DNA from: Mobula hypostoma
Taxonomy: Eukaryota
DNA length: 64,000 bases
Direction: 5' to 3'
Assembly: GCF_963921235.1 (NCBI RefSeq)
Contig: NC_086097.1
Location: forward strand, 233,432,001-233,496,000
The position numbers and the translations under genes are program-made. The notes below the pieces were generated by a model. It ran no database searches. It was given only the letters and a program-made list of their open reading frames with translations, and was not told where the DNA came from. Position 1 is the stretch's first letter. Every line of letters begins with the position of its first letter. Positions 1-10,694 of this stretch are shown here, piece after piece.

Positions 1-89
1 TAGACAGTTTCTAGAGTATGTTACATGGTTGGCACAACATTGTGGGCCGAAGGGCCTATAATGTGTTGTAGATTTCTATGTTTCTATGT
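1..89 (+). mobile_element. CR1-type LINE 3' tail fragment
   Basis: ggcacaacattgtgggccgaagggcct...tttctatgtttctatgt, the same 3' motif and tail as other CR1 copies in the window. Confidence 0.7.
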
Positions 90-93
90 CTTT

Positions 94-480
94 CCCGACA
101 AGGGGTTGGGGATGGTGTCAGCATGCTTGACAGTTAAGATTGTGGCTGTGAAACAATTTTATGTTCTGCGGTCTTCTCTGTGGTGGTTATAGGAGTTGAC
201 TGCGGGACTGCAGGAAGTGTTCTGACAGCTCTGGACACCTTTCTCCTCCAACAATCGACTCTGCTCTCCTCAACTGATCAATGTGTCGTCTCCAGATGAC
301 ATCAGACGCAATTTCCACTGTGTAGGAGAGTGGTCCAGTTCTGTCCTCAATATTTCCAAATACACACTTTTGATCACCCCTGTAGTCACTTGCCAGGACT
401 GCTTGTCCAGGAGTGAAACATCGAATGCCCTTGTTTGAGGAGAGCTCAATTAGTCTCAGCTGTTTGTCCTGCATATACTG
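94..480 (-). mobile_element. Gypsy/Ty3 (K02A2.6-like) integrase C-terminal fragment
   Basis: ORF 187-519(-) contains FTPGQAVLASDYRGDQK...RTGPLSYTVEIASDVIWRRHIDQLR, the typical GPY/F-type tail of these integrases. Confidence 0.8.
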
Positions 481-508
481 GAATGTAATGTTAATCCCAA
501 AAAGCAGG

Positions 509-755
509 TATAAGAGCATAAGATATAGGAACAGAATTAGGCCATCAGCTGGACTACCATTTCATCATGACCCATCCATTTTCTCTCTCAGCCCCATCTT
601 TTGCCTTCTCCCCGTATCCTTTCATGCCCTGACCAATCAATAACCTATCAACCTCTGCCTTAAATATATGTAAAAACTTGGCCTCCACAGCCACTTGTGG
701 CAATGAATTCCACAGATCCACCACTCTCTGGCCAAAGAAATTCCTCCTTATCTCA
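509..755 (-). mobile_element. CR1 LINE 3' end
   Basis: Reverse complement of the FFxQRVVxLWNSLP-coding segment, 3'UTR and (CTTATG)-like tail. Confidence 0.85.
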
Positions 756-779
756 TTGCTGCTTTATTCTAATGATGTC

Positions 780-1880
780 TGACCCCAGGTTTTCCCACCA
801 TATTAGGTGAATTGGACCCTGTATGGTGGGTGACTCAATCTGCCACTTAGGGGTATGGCCAGAGCATCGGGACAACTGCTGTTGCTATAGCAACTTGTAT
901 TTCCAGTGTCCCATGGGTAGACTTTGGTCCATACATTTCTATTACCCTTTGGTGGTCACATGGCTATAAGCAGCAGGACCCTGGTAGACACTGGAGTTGA
1001 AGTTACCTTATTCACAGGGGAGCAAATGTGTATTCAGGGATATGGGGGTGGGGGAGTCTGTTATGGATGTTCTATGGACAAAGGACACCTTTCTATCAGT
1101 GAGGGACCTCCTTAGTCTGTCCCCGTACTCATCTCCCAGGTACCCAAAAACATTTTGGGAATTGGATCATTAACGGGAAGTTCTATCACTGCACACTTGT
1201 CAAATTTGCTTCTGGCCTTAGGAAGCCATCAATTCTGGTTGGAAAGGCAAAGGGGGAACTTGTCTTTATATTGTTACCTTTGCAAATAGTAATTGCTAAG
1301 CAATATCATATCCCAGGAGGGCATAGGGAAATTGATGAGACAGCTTAGTCCCTCCTAAACATTGGGGTTTTTCGTCTTTCCTCATCTGATTATAACAGCC
1401 TTGTTTAGCCAGTTCAGAAACCTGATGGTTCATGGCACATGACCATTGATTATCGCCGGTTAACTCGGTCTGCCCCTCCGCTAGCTACAGCTGTTCCAGA
1501 TGTTGTGACCCTTATTGAGGACCTTCCCAGCAGGACTGACCCTTATTGAGGACCTTTCTAGCAGTTATTATGCTGATATCAATTTGGCTAATGCTTTCTT
1601 CTCCATCCCTATTGCTAAGCAGATGCAAGATCATTTTGCCTTCAGTGCAACTCCACATGGCTTCCACAGGGATATATCCATAGTCCTACTATTTGCAATA
1701 GTGTGTTGGCACAAGATTTGTATCTTATCCTGAATGTGTCCTGTTCCCCAGCATTAAACTAGCTGATTACTGCATATAGATAGTTTACTATTGTGGTGAT
1801 CCTCGAAAGAGGAGCTTTCCAAAGGCCTTTATACTTTGATTGAACATGTGCAATTGAGGAGATGGAAAATTAACCCCGAT
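780..1880 (+). pseudogene. pol: Degraded class III (ERV-L/ERV-S-like) endogenous retrovirus: gag end, protease and RT
   Basis: Manual translation across frameshifts: DFGPYISITLWW (920-955), TLVDTGVEVTL (978-1010), ILVGKAK, KQYHIPGGHREI (1298-1333), YNSLV*PVQKPDGSWHMTIDYRRL, AVPDVVTLIE, YADINLANAFFSIP, LPQGYIHSPTIC (1661-1696), HIDS at the YIDD position (1773-1784), WKINP (1863-1877). Confidence 0.88.
1506..1564 (+). repeat. 31-bp tandem duplication frameshifting the ERV RT
   Basis: tgacccttattgaggaccttcccagcag (1506-1533) repeated as tgacccttattgaggacctttctagcag (1537-1564). Confidence 0.9.
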
Positions 1881-3114
1881 CGTCGTATGTTACCGTTACA
1901 GTTTACCATGCCAACATGGCAAGACGGAAGAGTTATATGTGTTCTTTACCCTCCAAACATTCAAGAAGTGGAATATGTAATATTAAATTTTATAAAACAT
2001 TAAATGAATGTCCAAACAGTTAAAATGACAATTTAATTCTTTCTGAATCCTTTGCATGCAGAATCTGTACGTCAATAGCATTTGCAGACTTTCTTGTGTT
2101 TGTGATTCTCCGCGTGTGTCGTGTATTAGTGGGTATTGTTTGCAGAGCGTACTTGTAGAGTAAACACTTTCAATGTAGAATGTTTGCTGATAGTATCTGG
2201 ATTCTTTCTTAGTTTCAGACACCATTAACATGAGGACTTTGAGAGCTAGAGTAGGTTTGTGGATTCTTTCTTAGTGTCTGTCAAGTTGGCTTGATGTTTT
2301 TCTTTGAATTTGGGCTTATCACGTATTAGTAATATTAATGTTCTTTGTAAGTCTAAAGGAATGTTATGTTGAAACCATTGGTGGACTAAAGGGTGAAGAG
2401 TGACCACTAAAGTGTCTAATTGAGTGAAAAGGTATGCTGAACATGTATTGTTTGAATGAAAGAAACCAGGCTTAATTAATGGCATGAGAACAAAACAACA
2501 TAGGGTTTGTCTGTCTCTGGGTGTCTCTCTATGCTTCTGCAACTCATATTGATTGGGGTACCTTTCCTGGTTCCTCGGACTTCACCCAGACAGGAAATCA
2601 TGATTGGTGCCTGGAACCCAGGGGTGGTTTCACATGTAAGTTTGAATTTTGAGTTTCCCAACAACAGCAACAGTCATGTGGAGACTAAGAATCATGAGCC
2701 CTGAAACCTTTGTGGAAATCTTTTTGACTTGCTATGTAGTATGTTGTGTAGTTTATTTGTGCTTTCTATTTTACAATAATAAACTAGACTTAAGTTACTT
2801 TGTTGTACTTGTACGCTTACCACCACTTCTCCTGGACATTCAGAAGTTTGGGTCTGATTTACACAGCCCATTACAATATGTCGGCAATAATAAACTTGAT
2901 TCTGATGTAGCTGTGGAGAAAACTGCACAGGTTGGCTTTAAGGTTTGATAATAATCTGATAATGATTTAATCTGTGTGAACCAATTCCAATTTCAGCAGG
3001 GCCCTGACTGTTAATCTTTTTATTAGTTCTATTCTCAGCCTAAGCGTTTTTTATGGTTAACTATGTCTGCTCTCCTCAGCCATTTCTCACTCTCTCTTGC
3101 CTTCATCTTGCTAA

Positions 3115-3607
3115 AGCCTAATTTATACTTCTGCGTCAACGCGTCACCGCAAACCCTACACAGAACCGATGCGGATCCCTACGCTGTAGCCTGACGTACA
3201 CCTCTCCCAAAATGTAACTACGCGTTGTGACAACGCAGACGGCAACAACTGTGATTGGTCCGCTTGGTAGCATTGCAGTTCCTGCTATGCTGCAATAGCT
3301 TCCCATTGGGTGACTGAAGGGCAGGGAAAGAACTCCGGCTGCAATGCTTTCCATAAAGCTTTACAGACCTCCGAAATTATGGAGGACACATTTCGCTTTT
3401 ACGAAAAAAGACACTTGCTTCTTGTTTACCCCAAGAAAGACTACCATGACCATGAAACCTTGCACGGGCAGGTGTGTGCACATGCGTGACGTGCGTGAAT
3501 TGCAGAGCAACGCAGACACACCGATGCACAAGTATAAATGCTCACAACGTACGTAGGTCACTTTCGTAGGTTACGGTGTCTAGTTAACGCAGAGTATAAA
3601 TCAGCCT
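3115..3607. mobile_element. PIF/Harbinger-type MITE
   Basis: TIRs agcctaatttatacttctgcgt / acgcagagtataaatcagcct; TAA on both sides (3112-3114, 3608-3610); non-coding and CpG-rich interior. Confidence 0.85.
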
Positions 3608-3789
3608 TAAAGCAACATCACCTGATCCTGCAACCCTACTTTATTGAATTAGCTGTAATTTGGTGTCTTTTTATTTAAGTATTATATATAAAAAAGAAAC
3701 ATACCCATTCCTACCTGTAACACATCTGTGCCTACTCGCCAGAGTCTCTTGAATTCATTGTATTTATGAACAGGAAAATAAAATTAGCT

Positions 3790-4050
3790 TAATTTGTCAT
3801 GTGTACCAAAGGTGAAATGTGTCATTTTGCATCAAACCAAGATCTGTGCTGGACAACCTGCAAGTGTTGTCACGCTTCTGGCACCTACATAGCGTGCTCA
3901 CAGTTTAATAACCCTAGCCCATACATGTTTGGAATGTGGGAGGAAAACGGTCATGGGGAGAATGTAGAATCCCTTTACAAATAGTGGTGCAATTTGAACC
4001 CTGATCTTACAGCCAGTGCTGTGATAGTGTTATGCTAATACTATGCACCC
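3790..4050 (-). mobile_element. Degraded V-SINE-like element
   Basis: tttggaatgtgggaggaaa...ggtcatggggagaatg...tttgaaccctg, as in the V-SINE copies at 19620 and 48628. Confidence 0.55.
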
Positions 4051-4406
4051 ATGCAACACTGATGAGGGCAATGGTGGACATCATGAGACAGCCCATTCTG
4101 ATCTCTTGCCACTGTTTATCAGGCTTTAAGGAATAATATTAATATCAACTTCCAGAACATCTCATTGTTCTTACACTCTTTTCAAAAGCAGAGCAGCAAT
4201 CCCAGAAGAAGGATCTTGAGTATCTTTGGTTGCTTTTCATGATGAGACACTGCCCATTCTTTGTCCATCCACCCTGCAGGGTCTCAGTCAGACAAGGTAG
4301 CTCTCCCCAGTGCAGGGTATCCAGGTCTGCAGCTGGGACTTCGATCTCCAAAGTTGTTCAACGCTATCCACAATCACTGCATAAAATTGAGAGCTTAGCA
4401 GGCTTG

Positions 4407-4565
4407 AATAAACTCTTCTCAGGCTTCCAGCTGGGTACAGGTATTGATTTTAACCAATGTTTTAATGACTAACTCTGCATTATGATGAAGTTGGCAGAGC
4501 TTGTCATGGAAACTTTAGTTAAAATCGATACCTGTACCAGGCTGGAAGCTCAAGAAGAGTTTATT
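4407..4565. repeat. Imperfect inverted repeat, Penelope-terminus-like hairpin
   Basis: aataaactcttc...cttccagctgggtacaggtattgattttaac...actctgc / gcagagc...gttaaaatcgatacctgtaccaggctggaagc...gaagagtttatt; degenerate tgatgaag...gaaac near the centre. Confidence 0.75.
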
Positions 4566-4663
4566 TATCATATACAACTGGAAAGCACGAGATCTTTTCT
4601 TAGCAGCTGATTCCCACGGGGAAAACACATCACGGTGACACAAAGTTAGATAAATAAGATATC

Positions 4664-5375
4664 TATAAGACCATAAGACAAAGGGGCAGAAGTCGGCCAT
4701 TCGGCCCATCGAGTCTGCTCCACCATTTTATCATGAGCTGATCCATTCTCCCATTTAGTCCCACTCCCCCGCCTTCCCACCATAACCTTTGATGCCCCGG
4801 CTACTCAGATACCTATCAATCTCTGCCTTAAATATACCCAATGACTTGGCCTCCACTGCTGCCTGTGGCAACAAATTCCATAGATTCACCACCCTCTGAC
4901 TAAAAAAATTTCTTCGCATTTCTGTTCTGAATGGGTGCCCTTCAATCCTTAAGTCATGCCCTCTCATACTAGACTCCTCCATCATGGGAAACAACTTTGC
5001 CACATCCACTCTTTCCATGCCTTTCAACATTCGAAATGTTTCTATGAGGTCTCCTCTCATTCTTCTAAACTCCAAGGAATACAGTCCAAGAGCAGACAAA
5101 CGTTCCTCATATGTTAACCCTCTCATTCCCGGAATCACTCTAGTGAATCTTCTCTGTACCCTCTCCAACGTCAGCACATTCTTTCTTAAATAAGGAGACC
5201 AAAATTGCCCACAGTACTCCAAGTGAGGTCTCACCAGCACCTTATAGAGCCTCAACATCACATCCCTGCTCCTATACTCTATTCCTCTAGAAATGACTGC
5301 CAACATTGCCAATGCCAAAATAATAGTCTGCCCATTTATTTCTTCTGCCAAAGTGCATAACCATACACTTTCCAC
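4664..5375 (-). mobile_element. CR1 LINE 3' fragment (ORF2 C-terminus, UTR, tail), internally deleted
   Basis: ORF 4755-5414(-): RGIEYRSRDVMLRLYKVLVRPHLEYC...FFSQRVVNLWNLLP; (CTTATG)-like tail. Confidence 0.92.
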
Positions 5376-6196
5376 ATATCCCAAAGTATACTGGGTTTCT
5401 AGAAAAATATTCACGCAGAGATTCAGGAGAGATCAAATGAACAGAAAAAAAATATTCTTTAAGCAACCTGACTATCTGGGTTAGTGAAGACACTTTGAGG
5501 TCAAAGGACACAACTTGATGATTACATTTCAGGATGGAGAAGTCAGAAAGTTTGTTGGAGATTAGAAATGTTTATGGTTGAAACAAGGAAAGTTTCAGGA
5601 CTTCATCATATTGAAAGCGGGTTTCCTATACTGAAAGAAATTCAAGACTTCATACACTGAGGCAGTCAAGTCAGTTGGAAACTAATGCTTGATACTAGTT
5701 ATCAGAACCATGAAATTGCATACCAATTGTTACCGGATGTATATCCAAAATAACTTTGGCTTTGAGTGCAAGATTATATTACTTTGCAAACTTTTCTTCC
5801 CAAGTGCAATTATCCAGTAGACTGCCTCTTGATAATTTACACAGCTCTTGCATTGTCAATTTAAGCAGCTCTTTTTTTGGCTAACTGTTGAGTACAAAAT
5901 GGCTTGTGGTATGAAAAGGGGCAGAAACCATAAAATAGTAATGTCTCCTGTGAAATCAACCTCTACCATGGCCATCTGTTAGCTGTTGAGAAACTTGGCA
6001 AGGTATGCTGGATCTGTGAAATTGAAAATTTTCCCATTCTATAATATGCAACAAATTATGAAATACAATAAATCATGCTATTGTGCTACATTATGTAATG
6101 ATAAAAAGATAATCTCAAGTGGTAGGAATTATTAGAAACAGGAATGTTCAAATATTGTAATAACAAAATAAATTCAGAGATTACTGAAGTAGCACA

Positions 6197-6670
6197 TGGA
6201 GAGAGTTCAGAGGAGGTTCATGGGAATGAAAGGGTTAGTATTTGATGGCTCTGGGCCGGTACTTGCTGGAGTTCAGAAGAATGAGGAGGGATCTCATTGA
6301 AACCTGATGAATATTGAAAGACCTAGATAGAATGGATGTGAAAAGAATGATCCTTGCAGTTGTGGGGTCTGGGACCAGAGGGCTCAGCCTCAGAATAAAA
6401 GGATGTCCCTTTAGAAAGGAGATGAGGCAGAATTTCTTTAACCAGAGGGTGGTGAATCTGTGGAATTCGTTGCCACAGACTGCTGTGGAGGCCAAGTCAT
6501 TGGTATATTGGTTAATTGGTTCTTGATTAGTAATGGTGTCATAGGTTATGGAAAGAAGGGGTTATGGAGAATGGGGTTGAGAGGAAACATAAATCAGCCA
6601 TGATTGAATGGCAAAGTAGACTTGATGGGCTGAATGTCCTAATTTTGCTCCAATGTCTTATGCTCTTATA
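6197..6670 (+). mobile_element. CR1 LINE 3' fragment
   Basis: ORF 6314-6526: TRGLSLRIKGCPF...NFFNQRVVNLWNSLP; tail tcttatgctcttata. Confidence 0.88.
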
Positions 6671-6789
6671 TTATTTGACCTCATCTTAGGTATTTTTAAG
6701 CCCAGCTTAGAATATTTCCTTCAAATTTCATGGAGTTATACAGCGCAGTATGAGGGTTATTTATTTTGGAAGGAAGAATAAAAACAAAA

Positions 6790-7290
6790 ATCCTTGGTTA
6801 GACCTCACTTGGAGTATTATGTTCAGTTCAGGTCACCTCATTATAGGAAGCATGAAGAAGCCTCAGAGAGGGTGCAGAGGAGATTTACCAGGATGCTGCC
6901 TGGATCAGAGAACATATCCTGTGAGGAAAGGTTGAGCGAGCTGGGGCTTCTCTGTTTGGAGAGAGGGAGGACGAGCAACTTGATGGAGGTGTACAGGATT
7001 ATAAGAAGCACAGAGTGGGAAGTGGCACTTTTTCTCCTGGGGAACAGCATCCAATACCAGAGGACATCTGTTTAAGGTGAGTAGAGGAAAGTTCAGCGGA
7101 GATGCCAGCGGCAGGATTTTTCTTTAATGCGGAGACTATTAAGTGCCTGGAATGCAGTGCTGGGAAAGGTGGTAGACGTTGGTACAATAGAAACATTTGG
7201 AGAAAATGTTAGATAAACACATGAATCTAAAGAATATGGAGGGTACTGGGCTGTGTAGGGGGTATAGCTTAGACTGATTATAGAGTAGGT
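6790..7290 (+). mobile_element. CR1 LINE fragment
   Basis: VRPHLEYYVQFRSPHYRK...ERVQRRFTRMLPG. Confidence 0.85.
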
Positions 7291-7299
7291 TTATATTGA

Positions 7300-7530
7300 C
7301 GCCTTTCAACATTTGATAGGTTTCAAACGTGAGGTCCATCGTGTACAGCCCCAGAGGCATCAATGCTCTTCATATGACAAGCCCTTCAACCCCGGAATCG
7401 TCTTTGTGACCCTCCTTTGAAACTTCTCCAATGTCAGCACATCCTTTGTTTGATAAAGGGCCCAGAACTGCTCACAATATTCCAGGTGAGGCCCCACCAG
7501 TGCCTTATAAAGATTCAACACTACCTTGTC
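7300..7530 (-). mobile_element. CR1 LINE fragment
   Basis: LYKALVGPHLEYCEQFWALY...QRRVTKTIPGLKGLSYEE. Confidence 0.85.
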
Positions 7531-7837
7531 ATGTTCCCCTGGTAGAGAATTGGAGGGTTTATCAACCACGAGTTGATAAGATGCACTCCTGTTTCTATAT
7601 TTTTGGCTCTGAAGTATATTCATATTGACACTATAATTGGTAAAGAAGAAGCTTTTGATTTGCTATAGATGAAAATCTGTCACAGTGCTAAAGTTTACTG
7701 CTACTCCAGCAGACAAACTTGAGATCATTAGCTGGTTTATTGTAAATGAGTTAATGATTTCTTAAAGTAGTGAATTAATTGAGATGAGTGAATAACATGT
7801 ATGAAAAATAAAACAATAACTTCCATTTATAATTAAT

Positions 7838-8040
7838 GAACATAGAACAGTACAGCACTGTACAGGCCCTTCCGCCCTCAATGTTGTGCTGACCCTCGAA
7901 CCCTGCCTCCCATGTAAACCCCACCTTAATTTCCTCCATATACCTGTTTAGTAGTCTCTTAAATTTCACTAGTGTATCTGCCTCCACCACTGACTCAGGC
8001 AGTGCATTCCACGCACCAACCACTCTCTGAGTAATAACTT
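7838..8040 (-). mobile_element. CR1 LINE 3' end
   Basis: TQRVVGAWNALPESVVEADT plus 3'UTR and tail (gaacatagaacagtacagcac on +). Confidence 0.85.
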
Positions 8041-8159
8041 CCTTTAATTTGTAAATGTTCAAGTTTTCTTTAGGAAGTAAAAATGGAAGCTGACCTGTCA
8101 CTGATGAATTAATGGCACAAAGTAAGTTGCTCTAGTTACATTGTGACTGCCAGTAAACT

Positions 8160-8540
8160 GAATGAAACCTATTGAATGTTGCAAGGCCTAAATAGAGTGG
8201 ATGTAGACAGAGTGTTTCCAATAGTGGGAGAGTCTAGGACCAGAGGACACAGCCTCAGAAAAATGGATGTCCCTTAGAATGGAGGTGAGGAGGAATTTCT
8301 TCAGCCAGATGGTGGTGAATCTGTGGAATTCTTTGCCACAGACGGCTGTGGAGACCGAGTCATTGGGTATACTTAAAATGGAGGTTGATAATTTCTTGAC
8401 TAATCAGGGTGTCAAAAGTTACAGGGATGAGACAGGAGAATGTGGTTGAGAGGGATAATTAATCAGCTATGATGCAATGGTGGAGCAGATCCAATAGGCT
8501 GAACGGTCTAATTCTGCTCCTATCTCGTATGATCTTACGG
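8160..8540 (+). mobile_element. CR1 LINE 3' fragment
   Basis: RRNFFSQMVVNLWNSLPQTAVE plus CR1 3'UTR. Confidence 0.85.
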
Positions 8541-8624
8541 TAAGAATGAGCAAAGCTCAAGTAATTGCAGAATCACAGATTGATTCAACACAGGAGTGGG
8601 ATAGGATGTGGTCACTTGAGCCCA

Positions 8625-9460
8625 CACAATGTCGACAAGACCAAAGAGCTGATTATTGACTTCAGGCAGAGGAAACCGGAGGTCCATGAGGCAGTCCTTA
8701 ATGGGGCGATCCAAGGTGGAGAGAGTCAGCAGCTTTAAATTTCTCAGTGTTCTTATTTCATGAGGAGCTGTCCTAAACCTGGCTATTATGAAGAAAATAC
8801 AGCAGCACCCCTACCTCATTAGAAATTTGTTAAGATTCGGCATGACCCTAATACTTTAACAAACTTCGATAGATGTGTGGTGGAAAGTATATTGACTCGT
8901 TTGCTTCACAGCCTGGTAGGGAAACACTGATGCCCTTGAATTGAAAATTGAATTGATATGGCCCAGTCCATCATGGGTAAAGCCACTTCTCACTCCATTG
9001 AGCAGATATGGAGCGCAGTCACAGGAAAGCAGCATCCACCATCATACCACACATGTCTTGCTCTCTCCTCACTGCTGCCAGCAGAGTGAAGGTACATGAG
9101 CCTCAGGACTCACACCAGCAGCTTTAAGAATAATCCAGCTCTTGAACCAGTGAGGATAACTTCATTCAGCTTCACTCGCCCCATCACTGAACACTACCTG
9201 AGGACTCACTTTCAAGGACTTTTCACTTCAGGTTCTTGATATTTATTGCTTATTTAATAATTACTATTTTACTCTCTTCTGTTTTTGTACATTTTGTTGC
9301 CGTTTGCACATATGCTGTTTGTCCATTCTATTGGGAGTAGTCTTTCATTGATTCTATTATGGTTTTCACTTTACAGACTATGCCCATAAGAAAATGAATC
9401 ACAGTGTTGTATATGGTAACACATATGTACTTTGACAATAAATTTCTTTGAACTTTGAAC
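8625..9460 (+). mobile_element. Rex1/Babar-type LINE 3' fragment
   Basis: NVDKTKELIIDFR-like coding start, FKFL motif, 3'UTR ending aataaa...(TTTGAAC)n. Confidence 0.75.
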
Positions 9461-10694
9461 CTGAAAAAAAAGGTTTCCCTTTACTTCCTAGCGCAGATTT
9501 ACCCTCTGGTACTGAATAATGCATCTCAAGAATTTAACTGATTAACATATGATTATTAATTATCCAAACTGCACTCTGAGAATAATTAAGATGCTATTCA
9601 CGTACAAAATTTGATAGCAATTTATGTAATTTACAACTATATAATTAATAAGATTCCAAAAATTGCTGTCAGTGAATTACTGCTCCTTCACAGATGTAAT
9701 GTTGAGAAACTTGGCATTAAAATCAACCACAGGAGTTTCAAATTGTGGTCTTTGCCCTTCAGTTTGCCTCTATTCAAACCAGCTGGTCCATTTAAGAATA
9801 ACTGAACTCTTAATCAAATGATTAAGCTTCCTTCTTCAAAATTCCTGATGATCTTGCAACTTCACCATATTGTCCAAATCTCAAATCTAAAATCCAACCA
9901 ATTTATTTTGAAGTTACATATTACTGGATATTAACTGGATATGATCATCTGCCCTCTATTTTGTTATTAAGTTGGACACTTCCCACAACCTATGGACTCA
10001 CTTTCAAGCATTCTTCAACTCATATTCTCGATAGTTTTTGCTTATATATTTATTATTATTATTTTATTTCTCTTTCATTTTTGAACAGTGTTATTGTCTT
10101 TTGCACATTGGGTGTATGTCTGTGTTGTTGGTTGCAGTCTTTCCCTGCGTTAGCCTGTACTGCATTCAGCAGATAATGAGACTGAACCACTTGGTTCAGT
10201 TTGCCTTTTTGTCATGAACATTTAAGCCACCCAACCCATAAATAATAAATATAATTAGACTCCATGATAATTCAGTGTTGTCAGTAGATTGAAGCATGTT
10301 CCACCAAATGATAGCTTGATTCCCCCAAATGTATCCCATATGCCATTTAATTACTTGGTGCTGTGAAGGATGTTTGATGCAAATACCTACCAATTATCAC
10401 ATCATATCCATTGTCATACAGCCAGGTTTTAACTGGTTACATTATTATTATATATTTCTTAGAGTCACTATGTTGCAGCTGTCCATCAAGTAGTAATTTT
10501 TATTAATCTTATTGACCAGCTCCTGGGCAGAAAAAAAACAATAACTTCAATTTATAAGTTATAAAAAATAACTTGCTTCTATATGAAATATACATTTTTG
10601 GAAGCAAAATGGAAGCTGAACTGTTACTGATGAATTAAATGTGCATTCTAGGTTGCTTCTGTTACAATTTGACTACCAGTAAGCTCATTGAAAC

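Noticed and set aside
4145..4390. Minus-strand 68-aa ORF in a GC-richer patch
   Set aside because: No recognisable domain; probably an old TE fragment I cannot assign
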